Positions 11,780 to 22,338 of a DNA stretch of 64,000 nucleotides are shown here, one piece after another; the first letter of the stretch is position 1; each line of letters starts with the position of its first letter. Source of the stretch: Longimicrobiales bacterium (GTDB taxonomy: Bacteria > Gemmatimonadota > Gemmatimonadetes > Longimicrobiales > Gaopeijiaceae); NCBI GenBank assembly GCA_965226375.1, contig CBDDCX010000008.1, forward strand, positions 736,001 to 800,000, written 5' to 3'. Below the pieces are notes generated by a model. The model did no database searches. It was not told the origin of the DNA and worked only from the letters and a program-made list of their open reading frames with translations. A program made the translations under genes and the position numbers.

Positions 11780-13085
11780 CCCGATTCCGAATCTTTTCCG
11801 GGTTCCGGAGCTCAAAGAGAAGATCCTCTTTACGCTCTTTATCATGTTCATATACCGGTTCGGTGCGCACATCACCGTGCCCGGTGTGGACGTGGGAATC
11901 CTACGTCAGCAGTTCGGAGCCCTGCAGGGCGGGATTCTCGGCATCTACGACATGTTCGTGGGTGGCGGTCTCAGTCGGGCCACGATCCTGGCCCTGGGCA
12001 TCATGCCCTATATCTCCGCCAGCATCATGTTCCAGCTACTGGCTGCCGTCTTCCCCACCGTGGAGAAGATGCAGAAAGAGGGCGAGGACGGACGGCAGAA
12101 GCTCACGCAGTGGACCCGTTACACCACGGTGCTCCTGAGCGCGATCCAGGGATTAAGCTACGCGGCCTTCCTGAACAGCACGGGTGCGGTTCGTAACCCC
12201 GGATTCGTCTTCAACTTGACCACCACGGTCACGCTCACGGTCGGAGCCATCTTTGTCATGTGGCTCGGTGAGCAGATCACGGAGCGCGGGATCGGGAACG
12301 GAATGTCGCTCCTGATCTTCTTCTCCATCATCGAGGGCTTTCCGGCAGCCGTGGTCAGGACCTGGGAGTCTTTCGTTGCCGGGCAGATCCAGATCTTCGC
12401 GGTCGTGATGCTCGTCGTCGTGCTGATCGGGATCACCGCGGCCGTGGTGGCGATGACCATGGGCTCGAGGAAGATACCGGTTCAGATCCCGAGAAAAGTG
12501 GTCGGGCGTGGGCGTATTCGAGAGGGGCAGAAGAGCTTTGTTCCGCTGCGCGTGAATTCCGCCGGAGTCATGCCCATCATCTTTGCCCAGTCCTTCATCG
12601 TCGTGCCGGGCACCATTGCCCAGTTCGCCGGTCAGACGGGCGGCTTCCTCGATACGATTGCGGACATCTTCCAGCCCGGACCCGTCTATTACGTCACCTA
12701 CGGTCTCCTGATCGTCTTCTTCACGTACTTCTATACGGCCATCATCTTCAATCCGGTGGATCTGGCCGAGAACTTGAAGAAGCAGGGGGCCTTCGTACCG
12801 GGTGTCAAGCCGGGAGCTCGCACGGCCGAATACATCGACCGCGTGCTCACCAGGGTGACTCTGCCAGGGTCGATTTATCTGGCGCTGATCGCGCTGGTGC
12901 CGTTCTGGATCTTCAGCCTCTTCAACATCCAGACGTTCTTTTTCGGGGGCACGGGCCTTCTGATTGTCGTGGGTGTGGGCTTGGACACCGTCCAGCAGGC
13001 GCAGCAGCACCTGCTGCTCCGTCACTATGACGGGTTCATGAAGAAGGGTCGCGTGAAGATGCGTGGTCGTTCCCGATACATGTAG
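11772..13085 (+). CDS. secY: Preprotein translocase subunit SecY
   Basis: [25 protein letters not shown]; multiple TM segments. Confidence 0.99.
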   Translation: MVNPIPNLFRVPELKEKILFTLFIMFIYRFGAHITVPGVDVGILRQQFGALQGGILGIYDMFVGGGLSRATILALGIMPYISASIMFQLLAAVFPTVEKMQKEGEDGRQKLTQWTRYTTVLLSAIQGLSYAAFLNSTGAVRNPGFVFNLTTTVTLTVGAIFVMWLGEQITERGIGNGMSLLIFFSIIEGFPAAVVRTWESFVAGQIQIFAVVMLVVVLIGITAAVVAMTMGSRKIPVQIPRKVVGRGRIREGQKSFVPLRVNSAGVMPIIFAQSFIVVPGTIAQFAGQTGGFLDTIADIFQPGPVYYVTYGLLIVFFTYFYTAIIFNPVDLAENLKKQGAFVPGVKPGARTAEYIDRVLTRVTLPGSIYLALIALVPFWIFSLFNIQTFFFGGTGLLIVVGVGLDTVQQAQQHLLLRHYDGFMKKGRVKMRGRSRYM

Positions 13086-13100
13086 CCGGTCGGACACTTT

Positions 13101-13751
13101 ATGTACGTCATTCTTTTGGGACCCCCGGGGGTTGGAAAAGGCACCCAGGGGGTCCTTCTTGCTGAAGGCCGGGGTTTGGAGCGGCTGGTCACGGGTGATC
13201 TGCTTCGCCAGGCCCGGGCCGAGAGCACCGATCTCGGCCGGGAAGCCCAACGCTTCATGGATGCGGGCGAGCTGGTCCCGGACGACGTCATGATCGGCAT
13301 GGTCAGAGAGAAGCTCGCGGCGATTCCCGCGGGCACGGGCGTCGTCTTCGACGGTTTTCCGCGGACCGGTGCTCAGGCGTCCGGTCTCAACATGATGCTC
13401 GGCGAACTGGGCAGGAGGATCGATCAGGTCGTGGTCCTCGAGGCGCAAGACGAGCCCCTGGTCCAGAGGATCGCCGGCCGTCGGTCGTGCCCTCGGTGTG
13501 GCGCGGTTTACAACGTCTTTCTGGCTCCGCCGACCGAAGATGGCGTGTGCGACAACGACGGCTCCGTACTCCAGCATCGCACCGACGACAGCCCCGAGAC
13601 CGTTCAGCATCGACTCGACGTGTACCGGAACCAGACGGCGCCCGTGATCGACTATTACGAGGCCAGCGGCGCACCGGTACACCACGTCGATGGTGACCAG
13701 AGCGTAGACGATGTTCAGGCGGCGGTAGTCGCCGCGCTTGATGTGGCCTGA
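13101..13751 (+). CDS. adk: Adenylate kinase (Cys-containing lid)
   Basis: GPPGVGKGTQ, DGFPRT, CPRC...CDND. Confidence 0.98.
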   Translation: MYVILLGPPGVGKGTQGVLLAEGRGLERLVTGDLLRQARAESTDLGREAQRFMDAGELVPDDVMIGMVREKLAAIPAGTGVVFDGFPRTGAQASGLNMMLGELGRRIDQVVVLEAQDEPLVQRIAGRRSCPRCGAVYNVFLAPPTEDGVCDNDGSVLQHRTDDSPETVQHRLDVYRNQTAPVIDYYEASGAPVHHVDGDQSVDDVQAAVVAALDVA

Positions 13752-14521
13752 TGATCCACCTGAAGACCCCGGATGAGATCGATATGATCGCCCTTGGCGG
13801 GGCCATCATCGCCGACTTTCTCCTGGAGGTCCCGTCTCGCATCGCCCCCGGCGTCTCCACGCTGGCGATCGATGCGTTCGCCGATGATTTCATCCGCTCC
13901 CACGACGGAGCCGTGCCCGCGTTCAAGGGACTCTACGGCTTCGCCGGCAGCGTTTGTATCTCACTGAACGAAGAGGTGGTTCACGGGATCCCCAAGGCGG
14001 ACCGGGTCCTGGTGGAGGGCGACATCGTCTCCATCGATGTCGGAGTCAAGCTCGACGGTTGGTGCTCCGACTCGGCGTGGACCTTCGCGGTGGGGGAGGT
14101 GGACGAGCAGACCCGCCACCTGCTCACTGTGACGGAGGAGTCCCTGCTGGCGGCCATCGCCGCGGCCAAGGAGGGCGATCACGTCGGCGACATTGGTGCC
14201 GCCGTCATGGGGCGGGTCGACGGTACGGGGCTGCACATCATACGGGACCTCGTGGGCCACGGCGTAGGCCGGGAAGTGCACGAGGAGCCTCAGGTTTCGA
14301 ACCTCGGACGCCCGGGCATCGGTCCCCTTCTGAGGGAGGGAATGGTCCTCGCTATCGAGCCCATGCTCGCGTGGGGAACCGAGAACATCAGGACTCTGGA
14401 AGATCGTTGGACCGTCGTAACTCAGGACGGCACCCGGTCCGCACATTTCGAGCATACCGTGGCCGTGACGGTCAACGGGCCGCGCATACTGACCGCGGCC
14501 CCGGTGGAGACGTCGGTCTGA
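13751..14521 (+). CDS. map: Type I methionine aminopeptidase
   Basis: NEEVVHGIP, GHGVGREVHEEP, SAHFEHTV. Confidence 0.98.
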   Translation: MIHLKTPDEIDMIALGGAIIADFLLEVPSRIAPGVSTLAIDAFADDFIRSHDGAVPAFKGLYGFAGSVCISLNEEVVHGIPKADRVLVEGDIVSIDVGVKLDGWCSDSAWTFAVGEVDEQTRHLLTVTEESLLAAIAAAKEGDHVGDIGAAVMGRVDGTGLHIIRDLVGHGVGREVHEEPQVSNLGRPGIGPLLREGMVLAIEPMLAWGTENIRTLEDRWTVVTQDGTRSAHFEHTVAVTVNGPRILTAAPVETSV

Positions 14522-14546
14522 ATACGACGAAAGCCCCCGGAATGCC

Positions 14547-14575
14547 TTGAAGGGCAGGGGACCTTCCATTATCAT
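14547..14575 (+). promoter_or_regulatory. Candidate sigma70 promoter for the rpmJ-rpsM (alpha) operon
   Basis: TTGAAG-17 bp-TATCAT, 38 bp upstream of the rpmJ ATG. Confidence 0.45.
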
Positions 14576-14613
14576 TACAAGCTCTGCTAGAAACGCACGT
14601 AAAGGCACGAAAA

Positions 14614-14730
14614 ATGAAGGTTCGAAGCAGCGTAAAACCGATTTGCGAACACTGCAAAGTGATCCGTCGCCGGGGTGTGGTGAGGATCATTTGTTCGCGT
14701 AATCCCAGGCACAAACAGCGCCAGGGCTAA
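14614..14730 (+). CDS. rpmJ: 50S ribosomal protein L36 (not in ORF track)
   Basis: Manual translation [38 protein letters not shown]. Confidence 0.98.
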   Translation: MKVRSSVKPICEHCKVIRRRGVVRIICSRNPRHKQRQG

Positions 14731-14793
14731 ACGCTGTTTCGCCGATGTCAACGGCGCCGAAGTGCACTCGATAACAGTTGAAGAGATGGTGGT

Positions 14794-15174
14794 ATGGCAC
14801 GCATCGCAGGTGTTGATCTTCCGAAGAGCAAGAGGATAGAGGTCGCGCTGACCTACATCTACGGTATCGGGGCGTCCCGGTCGAAAGAGATTATGGGCGC
14901 GACGGGTGTCGACCCGGACCGCCGGACCGTCGACCTCACCGACGATGACGTGAACAGGTTGCGTCGCGAGATCGAAGGCAACTACAAGGTCGAGGGTGCC
15001 CTCCGGACCGAGGTTTCCATGAACATCAAGCGTCTCATGGACATCGGGTGCTACCGGGGCATCAGGCATCGCCGAGGGCTGCCCGTGCGCGGGCAACGCA
15101 CGCACACGAACGCCCGAACCCACAAGGGTTCGAGGCGGTCCATCGCAGGTAAGAAGAAGGCGCCGAAGAAGTAG
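14794..15174 (+). CDS. rpsM: 30S ribosomal protein S13
   Basis: [10 protein letters not shown]...[16 protein letters not shown]. Confidence 0.99.
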   Translation: MARIAGVDLPKSKRIEVALTYIYGIGASRSKEIMGATGVDPDRRTVDLTDDDVNRLRREIEGNYKVEGALRTEVSMNIKRLMDIGCYRGIRHRRGLPVRGQRTHTNARTHKGSRRSIAGKKKAPKK

Positions 15175-15232
15175 CGGAGCGCGTCGAGCAAAGTTGGACC
15201 CTTTCGATCAAAACCACGAAGGACGGTAGCGA

Positions 15233-15820
15233 GTGACCGAAGAAGAAGCAGCAGAATCACCAACCGCGGACAAGTCCGCGGTGTCCGCGGAGCCATCCGC
15301 AGGGGCGCCACCGGAGGTGGCGCCCACAGAAGCACCCGCAGGAGCGCCCGCGGCGGCACCCGCCGAGTCGTCTCCCGCAGAGTCGTCTCCCGCTCCCGCA
15401 GAGGCGTCTGCGGCAGCTCCGTCGGAGGCGCCCGAAGCGGCTCCATCGTCGCGTAGGCGCGGCAAGAAGGTCGTAGAGGCCGAAGGGGTCGCGCATATCC
15501 AGGCGACCTTCAACAACACGCTGATCACGATCACAGACAACGCGGGCAACACCGTCGTCTGGGGCAGTGCCGGCAAGGCAGGCTTCAAGGGCTCCAAGAA
15601 GTCGACACCCTTCGCCGCAACCGTGGCCGCCGAGCAGTGCGGTCGCGAGGCCGTGGCCATGGGTGTCAAGCGCGTGAACGTCCGAGTCCAAGGGCCCGGC
15701 TCGGGGCGCGAGTCCGCGATTCAGGCTCTCTCGGCGGCGGGGTTGCACATCAAGTCCATTCAGGATGTCACCCCGCTTCCCCACAACGGTTGCCGCCCGC
15801 CCAAGAAACGTCGGGTCTAG
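15233..15820 (+). CDS. rpsK: 30S ribosomal protein S11 with ~70-aa A/P/S/E-rich N-terminal extension
   Basis: ATFNNT...[13 protein letters not shown]...[21 protein letters not shown] start. Confidence 0.96.
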   Translation: MTEEEAAESPTADKSAVSAEPSAGAPPEVAPTEAPAGAPAAAPAESSPAESSPAPAEASAAAPSEAPEAAPSSRRRGKKVVEAEGVAHIQATFNNTLITITDNAGNTVVWGSAGKAGFKGSKKSTPFAATVAAEQCGREAVAMGVKRVNVRVQGPGSGRESAIQALSAAGLHIKSIQDVTPLPHNGCRPPKKRRV

Positions 15821-15842
15821 TCAGGTCTAGAAGAGAAACAGC

Positions 15843-16478
15843 ATGGCACGATATACAGGACCGGTTTGCAGACTCTGTCGCCGTGAGGGGCAGAAGCTCT
15901 TTCTGAAGGGTCAGAAGTGCTACACGGAGAAGTGCGCCGTCGAGCGGCGCGCCTATCCTCCGGGTCAGCACGGCCCGGCTCACGCTCGTCGGCGCAAGCA
16001 GTCGGACTACGCCGTCCAGCTCCGTGAGAAGCAGAAGGTCAAGAGAATCTATGGGCTCCACGAGCGTCAGTTCCGGAGCCTGTTCGAGCGTGCCACCACC
16101 CGAGACGGCATCACGGGTGAGAACATGCTCATCTCGCTCGAGTCCCGGTTGGATAATGTGATCTTCCGGATGGGATTCGCACCGAGCCGAGGCGCCGCCC
16201 GACAGATCGTTCGGCACCGCCACGTGGAGGTGAACGGGCGCACAGTGGACGTGCCGTCCTACCAGGTGGGCCCCGGTGACGAGATTGCCATCCGACCCAA
16301 GTCCAAGGACATGGTGTCGGTCCAGGTGAGCCTCGAAGCCAGGACCCGACCCGCTCTTGTAGAGTGGCTCGTCCTCGACGAGAAAAATCGCGTCGGCCGG
16401 ATGACCCGTCGCCCAACGCGACTGGACATTCCGCTGGCGGTCCAAGAACAGCTCATCGTGGAGCTCTACTCGAAGTAA
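15843..16478 (+). CDS. rpsD: 30S ribosomal protein S4
   Basis: [16 protein letters not shown]...LESRLDN...IVELYSK. Confidence 0.99.
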   Translation: MARYTGPVCRLCRREGQKLFLKGQKCYTEKCAVERRAYPPGQHGPAHARRRKQSDYAVQLREKQKVKRIYGLHERQFRSLFERATTRDGITGENMLISLESRLDNVIFRMGFAPSRGAARQIVRHRHVEVNGRTVDVPSYQVGPGDEIAIRPKSKDMVSVQVSLEARTRPALVEWLVLDEKNRVGRMTRRPTRLDIPLAVQEQLIVELYSK

Positions 16479-17536
16479 TGGAGGCTTCCGTGCAGATAGA
16501 TCTTACCGGATTGGTACTACCCGAGCGGATCGAGGTCGCCGGGACCTCGGATGATGGGCGCTCGGCTGAGTTCGTGATCGAGCCTCTCGAGCGTGGCTTC
16601 GGCCACACTCTGGGCAACTCGGTGCGCAGGGTGCTCCTGTCGTCGCTCCGTGGAGCGGCCGTGTGGGCATTCCGGATCGACGGTGTGGTGCACGAGCACC
16701 AGATCGTTCAAGGCGTGGTCGAAGACGTCCATCAGATCATCCAGAACCTCAAGTCTCTGGTCGTGACCCTGGACGACGACATCGACGAGGCGACCCTCGA
16801 GATTCGCGTGGACGAGGCGGGTCCCGTAACGGCGGCGAACATCACGCCGTCCGGGGGAGTGACCGTCCACGACCCGGACCATCACCTGATGACGCTCCAG
16901 GACAAGCGCAAGCTCAACATCGAGCTGCACGTCAACAAGGGCCGTGGATTCGTATTGGCCAACCAGCACGAGCTTCCCAGGGGAGCGCCGGTCGACATGG
17001 TCCGTATCGACGCGATCTACAACCCCGTCCGCCGCGCCAACTTCTCCGTCGAGGAGACGCGGGTCGGGCAGCGGACCGACTTCGACCGGCTGACCCTGCT
17101 CGTCGAGACGGACGGATCCGTCGATCCGGAGTTTGCGGTCCGTTACTCGTCGGAACTGGTTCGGAAGCATCTCGAGTTCATGCTCTACTTCGGCGAGGGC
17201 GGCGTGCCGCAGATCACGCCTCCCGGTGCCGTCGAGGTTCCGGATCGCCTACGCGACCTGTTCGACCGTCCCATCGAGGATCTGGCCGAATTAAGCGTAC
17301 GGTCCCGTAACTCATTGCAGAAGGAGAACATCCGCACTCTCGGCGATCTCGTTCAGCGCTCCGAAGACGAGATGCTGGGCATCGAGAACTTCGGTAAGAA
17401 GTCGCTCAAGGAGATCTCGGACTTCCTTGATGAGCATGGCTTACACTTCGGTATGAGCCTAAGGCAGGGCGACGACGGTCAGCTCTTCCTCGTGGACGAG
17501 GATCCGGTCGAGCAGGCCGAGGCCAGCGAGGAATAG
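16478..17536 (+). CDS. rpoA: RNA polymerase subunit alpha (start could be GTG 16490)
   Basis: [22 protein letters not shown]; alpha-[12 protein letters not shown]...NFGKKSL. Confidence 0.98.
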   Translation: MEASVQIDLTGLVLPERIEVAGTSDDGRSAEFVIEPLERGFGHTLGNSVRRVLLSSLRGAAVWAFRIDGVVHEHQIVQGVVEDVHQIIQNLKSLVVTLDDDIDEATLEIRVDEAGPVTAANITPSGGVTVHDPDHHLMTLQDKRKLNIELHVNKGRGFVLANQHELPRGAPVDMVRIDAIYNPVRRANFSVEETRVGQRTDFDRLTLLVETDGSVDPEFAVRYSSELVRKHLEFMLYFGEGGVPQITPPGAVEVPDRLRDLFDRPIEDLAELSVRSRNSLQKENIRTLGDLVQRSEDEMLGIENFGKKSLKEISDFLDEHGLHFGMSLRQGDDGQLFLVDEDPVEQAEASEE

Positions 17537-17546
17537 GGCAGAGACG

Positions 17547-17900
17547 ATGAGGCACAGAAAGAAGGGCCGGGCCCTCTCCCGGACCGCCAGTCACAAGAAG
17601 GCGACGATGCGCAACATGGTAACGTCGCTCTTCCAGCACGAGCGGATCGAGACCACCACGGCCAAGGCCAAGGAGCTCCGTCCGTTCGCCGAGCGGCTCA
17701 TTACGCTGGGCAAGCGGGGTGACCTGCACGCTCGCCGTTTGGCCGGCCGCCAGATCGCAGACCGGGATGTTCTCGGTAAGCTCTTCGACGACATCACCCC
17801 GCGCTTCACCGAGCGGCCGGGCGGATACACCCGCATCCTCAAGTTGGGGACTCGTCGAGGAGACGCCGCAGAGATGGCGCTGATCGAGTTGGTCGATTAG
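17547..17900 (+). CDS. rplQ: 50S ribosomal protein L17
   Basis: MRHRKKGR...[10 protein letters not shown]...RPGGYTRI. Confidence 0.99.
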   Translation: MRHRKKGRALSRTASHKKATMRNMVTSLFQHERIETTTAKAKELRPFAERLITLGKRGDLHARRLAGRQIADRDVLGKLFDDITPRFTERPGGYTRILKLGTRRGDAAEMALIELVD

Positions 17901-17955
17901 ACTGGCGAGATCTCGAATCTCTCGTACTGAACACGAGCGGGGAGTACAGCATATA

Positions 17956-18510
17956 ATGGCATCGTTCGGGTCCCGAAAAGGCGCCGCTGACGGCGGGTCC
18001 GTAGTTCTGATGGTGGCGACATTTGTTATCATCGGCGGTTTTCTAGCTTGGCTGAACATACAGACCGCCGAGAGTGAGGTGGAGGTGGTCTTAGACTCCT
18101 CCGCTGGCTCCGGGTTGTTGGATTCGGCCCCCATTGTGGACGCAGCCACGTTTGGCTCCGATCCCATGGCACATACCGCGGGTGTCATCCGGATCAACAA
18201 CCTGTCGGTGCAGAGCGCTGTGGGTTCCGCGGGCTTCTTCGTGGAGATGCCGAACCAACCGGGGCCGTACCTGATCAAGATGGGAGCCCGGGTGCTGGCT
18301 GACAGCGTGGCGGTCCCAAGTGGCTCCACGGTCTCGTTGGTCGGTCAGGTCTACGCCATGTCGGACAGTGTGGCGGACGACTGGGTGGCATCAGGTGCGA
18401 TCACGGAGAACGACAGGATCTTGGCGACGTTCGCGCAGTCGTTCTTGGAGATAGTGGACATCATCGTCATGGAAGGCGGGGGCGGCGACGATGGTGGTGG
18501 AGATAACTAA
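17956..18510 (+). CDS. Hypothetical protein with N-terminal membrane anchor
   Basis: 184-aa ORF filling the rplQ-rpmB gap; hydrophobic [18 protein letters not shown] then an acidic domain. Confidence 0.7.
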   Translation: MASFGSRKGAADGGSVVLMVATFVIIGGFLAWLNIQTAESEVEVVLDSSAGSGLLDSAPIVDAATFGSDPMAHTAGVIRINNLSVQSAVGSAGFFVEMPNQPGPYLIKMGARVLADSVAVPSGSTVSLVGQVYAMSDSVADDWVASGAITENDRILATFAQSFLEIVDIIVMEGGGGDDGGGDN

Positions 18511-18536
18511 CGGGCTCAGCCCGAGGATATAGAGAA

Positions 18537-18752
18537 ATGGCTCGAGTGTGCTATTTGTGTGGCAAGGGACCTGCGACGGGGAACAACGTGAGTCACGCCC
18601 ACAACAAGACCAGACGGCGTTGGCTGCCGAACCTGCAGACCGTGAAGATCGTGACCCCGGAGGGCGACCGGCGTCGCGTGCGCGTCTGCACGAGCTGCAT
18701 CAAGGGCGGCAAGGTCATCAAGGCCCCCCCGGTCAATCCGGTCGAGGTCTAG
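18537..18752 (+). CDS. rpmB: 50S ribosomal protein L28
   Basis: [28 protein letters not shown]. Confidence 0.97.
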   Translation: MARVCYLCGKGPATGNNVSHAHNKTRRRWLPNLQTVKIVTPEGDRRRVRVCTSCIKGGKVIKAPPVNPVEV

Positions 18753-18780
18753 GACGGCTGCACGGTCGAGACGTGTAACG

Positions 18781-18814
18781 CGCCTCCGGGACCTGTGGGT
18801 CTCGGGGGCGTTTT
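18781..18814 (+). terminator. Probable intrinsic terminator after rpmB
   Basis: 13-bp stem CGCCTCCGGGACC/GGTCTCGGGGGCG (2 G-U pairs), then TTTT. Confidence 0.7.
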
Positions 18815-18928
18815 CGCGTTTGGGGGCAGGTGGTGGGATGGGGGATGGCCGGGTGAGCGACCCGAGGGGGCCGTCGTCGCAGGAGATTTCTTGCCTTGGG
18901 GATCCGTCCTGCCCCTATATTGGCGTCC

Positions 18929-19735
18929 ATGAACACTGCCGAGACACTTGAAGTGCCCGTCGGTGTCCCCCCCCTGGCCGGCCGGACTGTGGTGGTTACC
19001 AGGCCGAAGGCGCAGGCTGCGGAGTTGGCAGATGCGCTGGAGCGCCTGGGTGCTAACGTCATATGCTTCCCCACCATTCGTATCGTACCTCCCGATGATC
19101 CCGGGGCCCTGGAGAGAGCCTTATGTGGCGAGGCGGAGCACGATTGGGTGGTGTTCACTTCCGTGAACGGTGTTCTCGCCTTTGAGGCGGCGGCCGAGGC
19201 TGCGGGTCTCGACTCGCGTGCCTGCGTGCGTGATGCGTCCATCTGCTGTATCGGACCGGCCACGGCGCGAACGGCAGAGGCCGCCGGCCTTTCAGTCGAC
19301 CTGATACCCGAAGCCCATGTGGCGGAGGGCGTCCTGGAGGCGCTGGTCGCCACCGGTTCGCTGAACGGTCTGCGTATCCTCCTGCCCGTGGCCGACGGTG
19401 CCCGAGATGTTCTGCCGCAAGGACTTCGGGCGGGGGGTGCGGCGGTGGACGTCACCACCGCCTACCGGACGGAAGCGATCGAAGAGGCCCCACAGGACGT
19501 GCTCGCCGAGCTGGAGACCGGCGTGGATCTTGTGACCTTTACCTCACCGTCGTCCGTTCGGGGTTTTCGTAGGCTCGTGAAGGGACCCCCGATCGCTCCG
19601 GCCGCCGTCATCGGTCCGATCACAGCATCGACCGCGCGCGGCCTCGGGTACGATGTTACTGTGGAGGGGGAAGACTTTACGGTTGCGGGCTTGGTGGAGG
19701 CGGTGGTGTGCCACTACAGGGATGAACGCCAATGA
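18929..19735 (+). CDS. hemD: Uroporphyrinogen-III synthase
   Basis: PLAGRTVVVTRP, VFTSVNGV, CIGPATA, TFTSPSSV. Confidence 0.9.
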   Translation: MNTAETLEVPVGVPPLAGRTVVVTRPKAQAAELADALERLGANVICFPTIRIVPPDDPGALERALCGEAEHDWVVFTSVNGVLAFEAAAEAAGLDSRACVRDASICCIGPATARTAEAAGLSVDLIPEAHVAEGVLEALVATGSLNGLRILLPVADGARDVLPQGLRAGGAAVDVTTAYRTEAIEEAPQDVLAELETGVDLVTFTSPSSVRGFRRLVKGPPIAPAAVIGPITASTARGLGYDVTVEGEDFTVAGLVEAVVCHYRDERQ

Positions 19736-20301
19736 GCGAGGAACAGCAGGGCTTGGACGGCGGCGGCCAACCCATCACGGCACCTGATCTCGAGGCTCTC
19801 GACACACGGGAGTCGATCCTGGATCCTGTGGTGTTGCGGTACACCGTAATGACCTATCTCGTGGTCTTGCCCGTCGGACACCTCTATTCAGTGTCGGTGT
19901 TCGGTGCCATGGCTACGCTGAGCGATTTCTTTCTGGGCATCATCCTGCTGGCCGGGTTCGCCGAGCTCGATCGCATGATTCCACATTACAGGGCACGGCG
20001 TAAGGAGCAGACGCCCCTGCTCCCTGCTCACCGGGCATTCCACGCGGCGGCGTTCCTGTTCATGGCCTTTAGTGGTTGGGTGGCCCTCGGGGGATTGTGG
20101 GGTTTTCACCCCGGCTATGCGGTCACTAAGGGCGTGGCATACATGGCCCTGGGACTGGGGGCGCTGGCCATCGTATGGTGTGGTGCGGAGTGGAACAAGG
20201 CGGCGGACGCGTCTTCCAGCGGCTGGTCCGCGGGCAGGATCTGTCCCAGGAAGACGAAGACGCCGAGCGATTCAGCGAGGGTTAAGCGACCGAGCGTATG
20301 A
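19732..20301 (+). pseudogene. Membrane protein (possibly O-antigen ligase/polymerase-like), apparently truncated and fused near 20210
   Basis: About 4 TM segments, then an abrupt non-hydrophobic tail; another frame after ~20210 reads VFQRLVRGQDLSQEDEDAERFSEG*. Confidence 0.45.
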
Positions 20302-20900
20302 GCACTCCCGAGAGCACATCAGACTACTTCGTTCACGAATCCAGCTTCGTGGACCCCGGGGCACGGATCGGTGCGGGGACCAAGATCTGGCACTTCTGTC
20401 ACGTCATGCCGGAGGCCGAAATCGGCGAGAACTGCTCCCTCGGGCAAAACGTCGTTGTCATGAGCCGGGTCAAGATCGGAGACGGTGTGAAGATCCAGAA
20501 CAATGTGTCCATTTACGAGGGAGTCGAGCTCGAGGCGGACGTCTTCTGCGGTCCCTCGATGGTCTTCACCAACGTGATCAACCCACGCAGCCATGTCTCC
20601 CGGAAGGAAGAGTACAGAAAGACCCTCGTGAGGCGGGGAGCGACGATCGGCGCAAACGCCACGATCGTCTGCGGAGTGACGCTGGGCTCGTATTCGTTCG
20701 TCGCCGCCGGAGCGGTGGTGACCAGGGACGTTCCGAGCTTCGCACTGGTCGCAGGTGTGCCCGCACGTCGGATCGGGTGGGCGTGTCGCTGCGGCATCAA
20801 ACTCGAGTCCGCGATCGGAAGGGTGGTGTGCGACGAGTGCGGCACGGAGTACGTCGCCACGGCAGATTCCGTACGGATGACAGGATCGACCGATGAGTGA
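20298..20900 (+). CDS. Hexapeptide N-acetyltransferase, WbpD/WlbB-like
   Basis: IGAGTKIWHFCH...CSLGQNV...KIQNNVSIYEGV...FTNVINPRS. Confidence 0.9.
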   Translation: MSTPESTSDYFVHESSFVDPGARIGAGTKIWHFCHVMPEAEIGENCSLGQNVVVMSRVKIGDGVKIQNNVSIYEGVELEADVFCGPSMVFTNVINPRSHVSRKEEYRKTLVRRGATIGANATIVCGVTLGSYSFVAAGAVVTRDVPSFALVAGVPARRIGWACRCGIKLESAIGRVVCDECGTEYVATADSVRMTGSTDE

Positions 20901-21270
20901 TCCGTCGTCCTTCAAGATTGCGCTCGCCGGGTGCGGACGAATCAGCAAGAACCACTTCGAGGCCATCGATCACATCGATGGGCTTCGGCTCTCCGCCGTC
21001 TGCGACATCGAACTGGACCGCGCACAGGCGGCCGGATCCCAATGGTCGGTGCCCTCCTTCGGGTCGATCGAAGAGATGCTCGGCCACGCGGACTGCGATG
21101 CCGTCAGCATCGCGACGCCGTCGGGACTGCATCCGGCCCACGGCATCCTCGCGGCGCGCGCGGGCAAACATGTGATATCCGAAAAGCCCATGGCCATCAC
21201 CCTCGAGGCCGCGGACGAGCTTCTGCACACCTGTGACGAAGCGGGAGTGCACCTCTTCGTAATCAAGCAA

Positions 21271-22338
21271 ATGGGGTATTGCCTTAAGTCCACCGCCCAC
21301 TACATGTTGTGGTCATGGCGGTTCCGGCTTCTCAGCTCCGTGGCGGCGTGGACTATCCCCGTACGCGGCTGGAGTTGGACGAGTTCTTCCCCGACGATGC
21401 GGCATGCCTGGAGTACGTGGAGGGTCTGCGCTGGCCGGAAGGGTTTGTGTGCGTGGGCTGTGGCGGGTTGGGAGAGGTCTGGCGAGCATCGCGGGGGCGT
21501 CTCGTCTGCCCACACTGTCGAAGGCAGACCTCGGTGCTGGCGGGAACCGTGTTCCACCGCACGCGCTCGCCCCTGCGTCTGTGGTTTCTCGCTGCCTGGG
21601 AGCTCACGAGCCAGAAATACGGAGCCAATGCTCTCGGGCTCCAGCGCGTGCTCGGACTGGGAAGCTACAAGACAGCGTGGGTCTGGCTCCACAAGCTCCG
21701 CCGGGCCATGGTCCGACCGGATCGCGACCAGCTGAGCGGCGTTGTGCAAGTGGACGAGAGCTATGTCGGGGGCGTGGAGGCTGGAGTGCGGGGCCGCGAG
21801 ACGATCAAGAAGGCCATCGTCGCGATCGCCGCCGAGGTCGACGGACGCAAGATCGGGAGAATACGGCTGCGTTGGGTGCCCGACCTCTCCGCTCCGGTTC
21901 TGCGAGGCTTCGTCAAGGATAGCATCGCACCGGCAAGCACGGTGCATACCGACGGATGGCCAAGCTATCAGGGACTCGCCAAACTGGGCTTTCGCCACAC
22001 GGTCACGAACCTCTCGACCTCCGGCGATCCCGCTCACGTGCTCATGTCGGCCGTACATCGGGTGGCGTCTCTCCTCAAGCGCTGGGTCCTCGGAACCCTC
22101 CAAGGAGGGATCGCCCGCGAACACCTCCCCTACTATCTGGACGAGTTCACCTTTCGCTTCAACCGACGCACATCCCGGGCTCGCGGCCTGTTGTTCTACC
22201 GCTTGCTTGAGCAGGCTGTTCAGTGTGCTCCCACGCCAGCTTCGGCCCTTTACCTCGGCACCGGACGTGGGAAACGGCCCGCAGAGCCCCGGTAACCACT
22301 ATATCTTGGGGTCGGTGGACTTAAGGGAATACCCCCTT
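21271..22338 (+). mobile_element. IS1595-family insertion sequence (~1.07 kb) with 8-bp target duplication TCAAGCAA
   Basis: TIR core GGGGTATT(G/C)CCTTAAGTCCACCG at both ends; TSD at 21263-21270 and 22339-22346. Confidence 0.95.
21315..22295 (+). CDS. IS1595-family transposase
   Basis: RWPEGFVC..C Zn-ribbon, VQVDESYVGG, VHTDGW.SY, YLDEFTFRFNRR. Confidence 0.95.
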   Translation: MAVPASQLRGGVDYPRTRLELDEFFPDDAACLEYVEGLRWPEGFVCVGCGGLGEVWRASRGRLVCPHCRRQTSVLAGTVFHRTRSPLRLWFLAAWELTSQKYGANALGLQRVLGLGSYKTAWVWLHKLRRAMVRPDRDQLSGVVQVDESYVGGVEAGVRGRETIKKAIVAIAAEVDGRKIGRIRLRWVPDLSAPVLRGFVKDSIAPASTVHTDGWPSYQGLAKLGFRHTVTNLSTSGDPAHVLMSAVHRVASLLKRWVLGTLQGGIAREHLPYYLDEFTFRFNRRTSRARGLLFYRLLEQAVQCAPTPASALYLGTGRGKRPAEPR

